Part shown: in pieces, positions 7,457-14,419 of the stretch
Layout: every line of letters starts with the position of its first letter
How positions within the stretch are numbered: position 1 is the stretch's first letter
Assembly (NCBI GenBank): GCA_035650735.1
Contig: DASRGZ010000076.1
Span: forward strand, 45,320 to 65,319
Reading direction: 5' to 3'
Length of the DNA: 20,000 nt
Source: Chthonomonadaceae bacterium
GTDB lineage: Bacteria > Armatimonadota > Chthonomonadetes > Chthonomonadales > Chthonomonadaceae
Notes under the pieces: model-generated
Databases searched by the model: none
Seen by the model: the letters and a program-made list of their open reading frames with translations, nothing else
Told to the model about the DNA's origin: nothing
Program-made: the position numbers and the translations under genes

Positions 7457-7589
7457 GAGGGAGGCGGGAAGGACAAGGAGCGCGGGCCGCGTGGCGGCCC
7501 GCGCGTTTTTGTGTGGGGCGCGCTAGCGCGCCCCACACAAAAACGGTTTCTGGCAGATTTATTAGGTTTCAGCAAACATTATCGGACGT
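7457..7589. repeat. Family D dispersed element, copy 1, containing a 42-bp perfect palindrome (7504-7545)
   Basis: Colinear with 16624-16768: GAGGGAGGC, GGAGCG.GGGCCGCGT.GCGG, the palindrome centred on GCTAGC, and the terminal ATTATCGGACGT. Confidence 0.9.
7480..7511 (+). terminator. Intrinsic terminator-like hairpin downstream of the methyltransferase
   Basis: 11-bp stem GCGCGGGCCGC-GTG-GCGGCCCGCGC followed by GTTTTTG. Part of family D copy 1. Confidence 0.6.
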
Positions 7590-7649
7590 TACGGGAGAGT
7601 AGTATGTAATGATAGGTGGCGTGAGCGGTTGGGCTGCCGGGAGGGTGCG

Positions 7650-7699
7650 AAAAGCAAAGGCATGGGAGGGCGCTGCTGCCTTCCCATGCCTTTTGTTTT
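7650..7699. terminator. Bidirectional intrinsic terminator downstream of the sigma factor
   Basis: AAAAGCAAAGGCATGGGAGGGC-GCTGCT-GCCTTCCCATGCCTTTTGTTTT, with A- and T-tracts on both sides, between convergent genes. Confidence 0.8.
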
Positions 7700-7726
7700 G
7701 GAGAACGCGGAATCAAGCCAACGGCA

Positions 7727-8863
7727 TCAGGCCGCAAGCGTCTCCCGCAGGCGTGCCCCGGCCCGGTTGCCGCGCAGCTTCTCCAGCGCCTGATTTTCCA
7801 GTTGGCGGGCGCGCTCGCGCGTGATGTGCAGCGCCTTGCCGACCTCTTCCAGCGTGTGCGGCTGGGTGCCGTTCAGCCCGAAGCGCAGCCGCAGGACATC
7901 TTGTTCGCGCGGCGTCAGGCTCTTGAGGGCGCGCGCCACCTCCTCCTGAACGGCGTGGCGGAACACCTTGGCGTAGGGTCCCTGGCTCTCTTCCGCCGGA
8001 ATGAACTCACCCAGACGCTGCTCGCCTTCCGCGCCAAGCGGCTGATCCAGCGAGGCGGGCTCGACCATGCTTTGCAGCAGCGTCGCCAACTGCTCTTCCG
8101 ACATACTGGCCGCTTTGGCCAACTCGGCGCGGGTCGGCGTGCGGCCCAGGTCGTTCTCCAGCTCGCCCCGAATGCGCGTTAGCCGCCCGATGGTATCCAC
8201 GATATAGGCCGGCAGGCGGATACTGCGCCCGGAGTTGGCGATGGCGCGCGTGATGGTCTGCCGGATCCAGTGGGTGGCGTAGGTGCTAAACCGAAAGCCT
8301 TTGCGCCAGTTGAACTTATCGGCGGCATGAATCAGGCCGATAATGCCCTCCTGGATCAGGTCTTCCATGGGCAGGCCCCGCCCCTGATAGCGCTGGGCGA
8401 TGGAGGTCACCAGGCGCAGGTTGGCATTAACCAGCTTCTCCTTGGCGGCCCGGTCGCCCTTTTCGATCCGCTTGGCCAGAATGATCTCCTGGCAGGGCGT
8501 TAGCAGCACGCCCTTGCCGGTAGGCATCGGCGAGGAGTTGCGCTCTTCCAGAGGGACGGCAAACGCGCTCTTGCGCGCTGCGTGCGGGCGCATCTTATGA
8601 TCAACCGGAGGCAGCAGCTCATCGCCGGCCTCTTCGGCCAGAGCGGCAGACTCATCGCCATCCGGGACGTAATCTTGCAGCAGACGCTGCACCTGGTTGG
8701 TATCCAGATCTATCGTCGCACTCGGGGTCTCTTCCAGCAGGAACGTCCTGCGCCGCCGTCCGTTGCCTGTGCGAGTACGGCGAGGCGCGCGCCGACCGAT
8801 GTGGCCAACTTCCCCATTGGCCAGTTCGACCTCCTCCTGGGCGTCTATTAGCATCGGACGCAT
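7727..8863 (-). CDS. RNA polymerase sigma-70 factor, RpoD/SigA-like (probably alternative group 2)
   Basis: LVNANLRLVTSIAQRYQGRGLPMEDLIQEG, FSTYATHWIRQTITRAI, SLDQPLG and LRLRFGL…TLEEVG…TRERARQLE. ATG 8863 follows AAGGGGGG. Confidence 0.93.
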   Translation of the reverse strand: MRPMLIDAQEEVELANGEVGHIGRRAPRRTRTGNGRRRRTFLLEETPSATIDLDTNQVQRLLQDYVPDGDESAALAEEAGDELLPPVDHKMRPHAARKSAFAVPLEERNSSPMPTGKGVLLTPCQEIILAKRIEKGDRAAKEKLVNANLRLVTSIAQRYQGRGLPMEDLIQEGIIGLIHAADKFNWRKGFRFSTYATHWIRQTITRAIANSGRSIRLPAYIVDTIGRLTRIRGELENDLGRTPTRAELAKAASMSEEQLATLLQSMVEPASLDQPLGAEGEQRLGEFIPAEESQGPYAKVFRHAVQEEVARALKSLTPREQDVLRLRFGLNGTQPHTLEEVGKALHITRERARQLENQALEKLRGNRAGARLRETLAA

Positions 8864-9120
8864 TCTTTCATCCCCCCTTGCTCTTATCTTCCGGTGTCTT
8901 CCGGCGCGCACGCGCCGCAATACTTTCAATACGTTCCCCTCAAGGGAAGCGTTGCACCGCTCCGTCGCATCTCCCCAGCCAGATCCTACAATGGACAAGG
9001 GTCAGGCAAAATGCGCAGGTTTCGCAGCCCGGCATGGATATTAGACGGATAAAACAGCAAAACGGACGATAAATGTTGGCCGTGCCTTTATGAAATGAAG
9101 AGCGCGGGACGTCTTATGCT

Positions 9121-9555
9121 CTAACTTGTCTGCGGCTTTGCCTGCGCCCGCTTTTGCACCTGGTCCGCGCCGAGGTTGGAGAGCGCATCGGCGCGCTTGT
9201 TGCGCTCGCGGGGAACGTGCGTGACGGTGGCGCTTGCGAACTGGCGCAGCAGGCAGCGCGCCCGCTCGTAGAGGGGAAGGAGGTGGGGAGCTTTGACGGC
9301 GTAGCGCCCGTTGAGCTGGCGAGCCATAAGCTCGCTGTCGGTGTAGACATCCAGGCGGTCGCAGCCGAGGGCGCGCGCTTCCTCCAGCGCGCGTATCATC
9401 GCCGTATACTCGGCCACGTTGTTGGTGGTGTGGCCCAGCGGCTCGCCGATCTCCTTGACCACGTTGCCGCCCGCGTCCTGAATCAGTATCCCGATCCCGG
9501 CGGGTCCGGGATTGCCCCGCGCCGCGCCATCTACATACGCCGTCCATCTCTCCAC
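9121..9555 (-). CDS. rnhA: Ribonuclease HI family protein
   Basis: YVDGAARGNPGPAGIG, TNNVAEY, YTDSELM and HVPRERNKRADALSN, with all acidic catalytic residues present. GTG start after GGAG. Confidence 0.92.
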   Translation of the reverse strand: MERWTAYVDGAARGNPGPAGIGILIQDAGGNVVKEIGEPLGHTTNNVAEYTAMIRALEEARALGCDRLDVYTDSELMARQLNGRYAVKAPHLLPLYERARCLLRQFASATVTHVPRERNKRADALSNLGADQVQKRAQAKPQTS

Positions 9556-9633
9556 GCGCTTTGTCTCTCCTTATTTTGCTTCCCTTACGCCGACTTATTC
9601 GGGCCATGAAGACCCGTATGGTGAGCATCCCCA

Positions 9634-9689
9634 GCCGGGTATTTCAATGCCCGTCTGGGGGCCTTGTGGCCAGCCGTCCTGGCGGACGG
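9634..9689 (+). repeat. Solo family B REP-like unit
   Basis: CCGGGTATT-TC-AATGCCCG, linker TCTGGGGGCCTTGTGGCCAG and CCGTCC-TGGC-GGACGG. Same architecture and sequence as the units at 3568-3764. Confidence 0.8.
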
Positions 9690-9732
9690 AACCAACTAAT
9701 CGCCAGGAATTCGCCTGCGTAACGGGAGTTAT

Positions 9733-10458
9733 TTATTCTTGCGGGGGCGGGATGCACAGCAGGCGCCCGCAGTTTTCACAGACCTCGATGGTGTTGCCTT
9801 CGTGGATGCGCTTTACCTGGCTGGAGGGCAGCCCCATTTTGCAGCCGCCGCAGGCGTTCTCATCCTCCAGAGCGGCGATGGCGAGGCCGCCCTTGCTGGC
9901 GCGCAGGCTTTCGTAGCGCTTGAGCAGGGCGGGCGGCACGGCTTTGGCGGCTTCGGCGCGCTGCGCGGCGACGATGCGGGCCTGCGCGACCAGCGCCTCG
10001 GCATCGCGCTTATAGGCGGCGCGCTTGGCCTGAAAGGCCGCCTCGGCGGCGGCCAGCGCCTGCTTTGTCTCCGCCTCGCGCGCCCGCTGCGCTTCAACCT
10101 CATCCATCAGGGTCAGGATCTTCTCATCGAGCCGCCCGCGCTGGCGCTTAAGCATTTCGATCTCTTCCTGCAGGGACTGGAGCTCTTTGGGCGCGCGCAC
10201 CGTGCCGCCATAGAGCTTCTTTTCCATCGCGGCGGCTTTCGTCTCTACCGTCTGCTCTTCCAGTTCGGAGTCGCGCAGGGCCGTGCTGGTAGCATGCAGG
10301 GTGGTATCGGCCTCTTTGTGGGCGGCCTGCGCCGCTTCGAGAGCGGCCTTTTCGGCGCGGCCCTGATCGAGCGCGTTATACTGCCTCTGCAGGGCGGCCA
10401 GCGCGCTATCTAGCTGCTGAAGTCTATATAAAGCCTGTAGCTGAGCCTTTGTATCCAT
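9733..10458 (-). CDS. C4-type zinc-ribbon coiled-coil protein (DUF164; CT398/HP0958-like)
   Basis: LYRLQQLDS N-terminus, long coiled coil, LLKRYESLR, CGGCKM…CENCGRLL. Adjacent to RNase HI. Confidence 0.92.
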   Translation of the reverse strand: MDTKAQLQALYRLQQLDSALAALQRQYNALDQGRAEKAALEAAQAAHKEADTTLHATSTALRDSELEEQTVETKAAAMEKKLYGGTVRAPKELQSLQEEIEMLKRQRGRLDEKILTLMDEVEAQRAREAETKQALAAAEAAFQAKRAAYKRDAEALVAQARIVAAQRAEAAKAVPPALLKRYESLRASKGGLAIAALEDENACGGCKMGLPSSQVKRIHEGNTIEVCENCGRLLCIPPPQE

Positions 10459-10611
10459 TGTGTTTTTCTCTGCTCGTGTGGCGGGCGGGGCGGCGAGTCC
10501 TCATTAGACATGCCGTTTCGTCTCTCCTGCCTTTCTTCAAAGACGTCTCTCTGATCTCTACCCATTATCTATTATAAATACGTGAGCAGGGAAGAAATTA
10601 TGTCTGCTGCG

Positions 10612-10640
10612 TGAACCCTTTGGCGCTCTCCTGTATCCAA
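10612..10640 (+). promoter_or_regulatory. Candidate ECF-type (autoregulatory) promoter
   Basis: TGAACC-N17-ATCCAA about 80 nt upstream of the ECF sigma start. Resembles the GAAC…TCnAA ECF promoter pattern. Confidence 0.4.
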
Positions 10641-10721
10641 TAGAGCGAAGTCCCGATTTGCGGGGACGGCGACAAAGACGTGGTCGTCCAGACCACACGC
10701 GGCTGCCGGAGGACGGTCACA

Positions 10722-11315
10722 GTGCGAGACGATAAACGGTTAGCGCAACGCATCCAGCAGGGAGACCGGCGGGCCTTCGAGGCGTTTGTGGACACCTACG
10801 GGGCGCAGGTACATCGCCTCGTTCGGCGCTATATCGAGAACGCCACCGATGCTGAGGATGTGACGCAGGAGATATTTCTCGATCTCTATCGCAACATCGG
10901 TAGTTTTCGGGGCGAGTCGGCGCTGTCCACCTGGGTCTATCGGGTGGCCGTCAATCGCTGCCTGCAGCACTGTCGGCGTCTGCGGCCCGATAGCGTCTCC
11001 TATGACGAGCAGACGATACGGGCCGAGGAGGACTGGAAGGCGGACCCGGCGCGGGCGGCGGCGCGGCGTGAGCTTTGCGATAAAGTGCAGTGCGCGCTCA
11101 ATACGCTCTCGCCGCTGCATCAGGACGTGGTGATCCTCTCACAATTGCACGGCCTGACCTATCAGGAGTGCGCGAACGTGCTGGGCGTGCCGGTGGGCAC
11201 GGTCAAGTCCCGGCTGTCCAATGCGTTCTGCCGCCTGCGCGAAAATCTAGGTAGTTACGTCAACGGAGAGAGCCATACGCTGTGCTCCGGGGCTGTGAGG
11301 GAGAAGGCGCAATGA
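10722..11315 (+). CDS. ECF-family RNA polymerase sigma factor
   Basis: DAEDVTQEIF, FRGESALSTWVYRVAVN and LTYQECANVLGVPVGTVKSRLSNA. GTG after GGAGGA. ATGA overlap with the downstream gene. Confidence 0.93.
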   Translation: MRDDKRLAQRIQQGDRRAFEAFVDTYGAQVHRLVRRYIENATDAEDVTQEIFLDLYRNIGSFRGESALSTWVYRVAVNRCLQHCRRLRPDSVSYDEQTIRAEEDWKADPARAAARRELCDKVQCALNTLSPLHQDVVILSQLHGLTYQECANVLGVPVGTVKSRLSNAFCRLRENLGSYVNGESHTLCSGAVREKAQ

Positions 11316-12640
11316 GAGATTGTCAGACGCTGCGAGAGGAATTGAGAGCCTATCTGGACGGCGAGCTCTCGCCGGTACAGAGGTTGGCCGTGCGCCTCCA
11401 CCTTGCGCGCTGCGCGGCGTGTCGCGAGGAGATGCGGGAGATGGAACAGATCAGCAACGACTTACGTGCGGGGGACGCCGGAACACTTGACCCGGCCCTG
11501 CGCGCCAAAATCCTGGCAAGCATTCCTACAGAAGCGCCGCCCGCGCCGGAGACGCCTGCCGAGCCGGTGGTTCCCAAATGGCGGCGGAAACCGTTCCTTC
11601 TCTGGAGCGCGACGGCGGCAGCGGTGCTGGCCTGGTTTGTCATCTACCCGCTGACGCAGGGATGGACGCCATTGGCGGAGCGCAGCATATCATTGGCGCC
11701 GGGCGGCGCTTCGGCCAGTAAGGCAGCAAGGCCGGCTATAGCCGAACATCGTCTCGCCTCGCCGCCGATGGAAACTGCTAAAACGGCGACAAAGATGCCT
11801 ACCTTTGCGAGTAAAGGCGCTGTAGAGAATGCGGCGGGAGCGCCATCGGCACCAACTGTTGTAGCGGCACCAACGGCGGTAGATAATGATTCTTTTTCGG
11901 ACGGCCACTTAAAGGAAAGGATGAGACAAAGCAAGAGTATTGCTGCGGGCGAGGCTGCCAATGCTCCAGACCTGGTTTCCTCGGAGCGACAGGTGCATAA
12001 GCAGGCCGACATCACGGTGGAAGTGACCAACGTGGAGGAGAAGACCGAAGAGGTTGAGCAGATGGTCAAGACGGTGGGCGGGTTTGTCGCCAACAACCAG
12101 CTTTCTACCGGCGAAGACAACCTCAAAGCCGCCTCGCTGACTACCAGAGTTCCGGTCGGACAGTTTGAGATGATACTGAGCAAGCTGGGGAAACTGGGCG
12201 AAGTCAAGGCCAAGAACGTCACCGGCGAGGACATCACCGAGCAGATGAGCGACCAGGAGCAGCTTACCCACACCCTCAGCGATGAGGTCAGGACAACAGA
12301 AGCCAGGCTCCGCGATAAGCGCCATCAGACGCAGACCTGGGAGGATGCAGAAAACTTACGCCAACTGCGCGTTCGCGCGGCCCAGGCGCAAGGACGCCTG
12401 CAACTGCTTAAGAAGCTCTCGGCGCTGGCGACTATTACCGTCCAGCTACAGGAAAAGCCCAAGCCCACCATCCAGAGCGGCGGCGGCTTCCTGGATGAGA
12501 TGGGGGATACGGGCCGCGCTGCCGTGCACTCCTTCCTGCAGGCGGCCCGCTTGCCGATTCTGATGCTGATCTGGCTGCTGGCCTATGCGCCGATCTGGAT
12601 TCTGCTGGCGATTGCCTATCGGTACGCCGTCCGCACTTGA
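11312..12640 (+). CDS. Anti-sigma factor with zf-HC2 domain, TM helix and DUF4349-like C-terminal domain
   Basis: CQTLREELRAYLDGEL…HLARCAAC (ZAS motif), TM segment, Ala/Pro linker, GGFV…TRVP…LGEV…GEDIT…ATITVQL pattern typical of DUF4349, and a hydrophobic C-terminus. Translationally coupled to the ECF sigma. Confidence 0.88.
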   Translation: MRDCQTLREELRAYLDGELSPVQRLAVRLHLARCAACREEMREMEQISNDLRAGDAGTLDPALRAKILASIPTEAPPAPETPAEPVVPKWRRKPFLLWSATAAAVLAWFVIYPLTQGWTPLAERSISLAPGGASASKAARPAIAEHRLASPPMETAKTATKMPTFASKGAVENAAGAPSAPTVVAAPTAVDNDSFSDGHLKERMRQSKSIAAGEAANAPDLVSSERQVHKQADITVEVTNVEEKTEEVEQMVKTVGGFVANNQLSTGEDNLKAASLTTRVPVGQFEMILSKLGKLGEVKAKNVTGEDITEQMSDQEQLTHTLSDEVRTTEARLRDKRHQTQTWEDAENLRQLRVRAAQAQGRLQLLKKLSALATITVQLQEKPKPTIQSGGGFLDEMGDTGRAAVHSFLQAARLPILMLIWLLAYAPIWILLAIAYRYAVRT

Positions 12641-12646
12641 GGTTCC

Positions 12647-12970
12647 TACCTAACCGCTCGTCCCTTCCTGACCTAACCCCTCGGCCCTACTGCCCTCACC
12701 CCCAGCCCCTACTGCCAGGGGCGGGGCTGCAATGGACTGCCAGGATCGGCCCTGCAACGGTTCGGGCCACTGCCAGGGTCGGCAAGGGTACGGCCCTTGC
12801 CTCCGCCTGGCCACACCTTGCGACACCCCGCCGCCTTGCGATCCACGCTGCGGGAGAGGGAAGAGTTGGCTTCTGCTCCCCCTTCTGCCTTGCAGGGAGA
12901 AGGGACGGGGATGAGGGGAGATCCTACCCCCTATATCCTACACCCTAAACGAGGGGCTGGGGGTGAGGTC
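12647..12970. repeat. Composite family C palindromic repeat region with an internal ~130-bp insertion (12711-12842)
   Basis: 12671-12710 aligns with 5073-5113. 12843-12860 is the exact reverse complement of 5110-5127. There is a perfect 17-bp inverted repeat at 12694-12710/12952-12968, and 12951-12970 matches 112-131 at 19/20. Confidence 0.85.
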
Positions 12971-12985
12971 TTCCCGGTAAGCAAG

Positions 12986-13714
12986 TCAGCGCAGAGTTTC
13001 ACCCGGCTTGAGGGCGTGAATCTGGAGGTTGGGGATGTCGGCGGTATGCTGACGCAGGGCCTCCGGCGTGCCGGTAAGCGCGGGGAAGGTGGCGTAGTGG
13101 ATGGGAAGCACGTGGGCGACACCCAGCAGACGGATAGCGTGCGCAGCCTCGCGCGGACCCATCGTGAACAGGTCGCCGATGGGGAGCAGGGCCAGTTCCG
13201 GGCTGTAGAGGTCGCGCAGCAGCGCCATGTCCCCGAAGAGGGCGGTATCGCCGGCAGCGTAGAGCGAAAAGCCGTTTTCCAGTCGGAGGATGTAGCCGGC
13301 GGGCTCCCCGCCATAGGCCACCGCGCCGTCCGGCTCGTGAAAGCTGCTGGAATGGAAGGCGTGGGTCATGGTGATCTCGATCCCAGCGACCGTCTGGCTG
13401 CCCCCCTTGTTCATCGGCTTGAGGTTCTTAGCGCCCTTGCCGCCCAGCCAGTTACAGGCTTCGAAGATGGCGACGACGGCAGCCTCCGGATTGGCCTTGA
13501 CCACCGCTTCGGCGTCGCCGGCGTGGTCGTTATGCAGATGCGTCAAGAGGATCAGGTCGAGCTTGCCGAGGCGCTCCGGGGACTTCCACTCCTGGGGGCA
13601 GGCGGGATTGCCCTCCAGCCAGGGGTCAATCAGCACCCGCTTGCCGCCGGGTGTCTCGATCAGAACGGTGGCATGTCCGAGATAGGTAAGGCTGGTGTTG
13701 CGATCCAGTGCCAT
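12986..13714 (-). CDS. Metal-dependent hydrolase, metallo-beta-lactamase fold (UPF0173-like)
   Basis: LTYLGHA, VLIDPWL, THLHNDH, YAAGDT, LLPIGD-FTMGP and PIHYATF. GGAG RBS. Confidence 0.92.
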   Translation of the reverse strand: MALDRNTSLTYLGHATVLIETPGGKRVLIDPWLEGNPACPQEWKSPERLGKLDLILLTHLHNDHAGDAEAVVKANPEAAVVAIFEACNWLGGKGAKNLKPMNKGGSQTVAGIEITMTHAFHSSSFHEPDGAVAYGGEPAGYILRLENGFSLYAAGDTALFGDMALLRDLYSPELALLPIGDLFTMGPREAAHAIRLLGVAHVLPIHYATFPALTGTPEALRQHTADIPNLQIHALKPGETLR

Positions 13715-13870
13715 CTGAAGGGTCTCCTTCCTGGGAAACTTGGGTAATGGAAAAGCGGGAGCGCGCCGCCTCGCCTGCCGACTCGCTGCCTTGCCTGCGT
13801 TAGTGGGACCTGCGGGCTGTGGGCCAGGCCGTCCAGGGCGCGCGGCACGCCAAAGCGTTTCTGCTGCGGC

Positions 13871-14419
13871 TTACTGGCCCATCTCCTTGTTGACGACTGC
13901 CTGATAGGGCATACGCGCTAACGCCTGAGGCTGATCGGGCGGGCTGTCGCGGCGTAACCGGCGCTCCAGGGATTTGATGCCGAACCAGAGCAGCAGGCCG
14001 ATGATCACCAGCACCACGCCGATGCAATCGATCATCACATCCACCGGCGAGGGGCCGCGCGTGGGCACGAACCGCTGGTGTATCTCGTCGCTGCAAGCGA
14101 AAAGCGCGCTGATGGCAGCCGCCCCGGCGAGCGCGCCGAGCTTGAGGCGGGTTTCCCCAAACTGAATGGCCCGTACCACGAGCAGGGTAAGGATAGCGTA
14201 CTCGGTGACGTGGCAGGCCTTGCGCAAAACCAGGTTAAGCACGTCCAGCGTCTGCGGGGAGAGCTGTTCCAGCCGGTACGGGGCGAGAAACCGAAGGATA
14301 AACTCGACCACGCTCAGGGAGTGCTGGCCGTTGCCGATGTCCGTAGAGCCCATGAAGATCACCAGCATCCAGATAATCGCCGGGCCGATGTAGAAAAGCT
14401 GTAAAAGGCGCTTATTCAC
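13871..14419 (-). CDS. VanZ-family membrane protein
   Basis: WMLVIF, LRKACHVTEYAIL and SDEIHQRFVPTRGPSPVDVMID. GTG overlaps the upstream TGA. Confidence 0.9.
   Translation of the reverse strand: MNKRLLQLFYIGPAIIWMLVIFMGSTDIGNGQHSLSVVEFILRFLAPYRLEQLSPQTLDVLNLVLRKACHVTEYAILTLLVVRAIQFGETRLKLGALAGAAAISALFACSDEIHQRFVPTRGPSPVDVMIDCIGVVLVIIGLLLWFGIKSLERRLRRDSPPDQPQALARMPYQAVVNKEMGQ

Noticed and set aside
7727..8863. Calling this gene the primary sigma rpoD/sigA
   Set aside because: Degenerate region 1.2, HW in place of WW, and no dnaG neighbour, so no gene symbol was assigned.
9556..9732. RNase P RNA (rnpB), often near zinc-ribbon/RNase H genes
   Set aside because: The spacer is too short and no GAGGAAAGTCC motif is seen on either strand.
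12711..12793. Mini-CRISPR from the ACTGCCAGG repeats
   Set aside because: Units are degenerate, nearly abutting and lack unique spacers of CRISPR length.
12637..12948. 103-aa ORF overlapping the anti-sigma stop
   Set aside because: TTG start, and the translation consists largely of repeat-derived sequence (LTPRP, PHPQPL, GEG).
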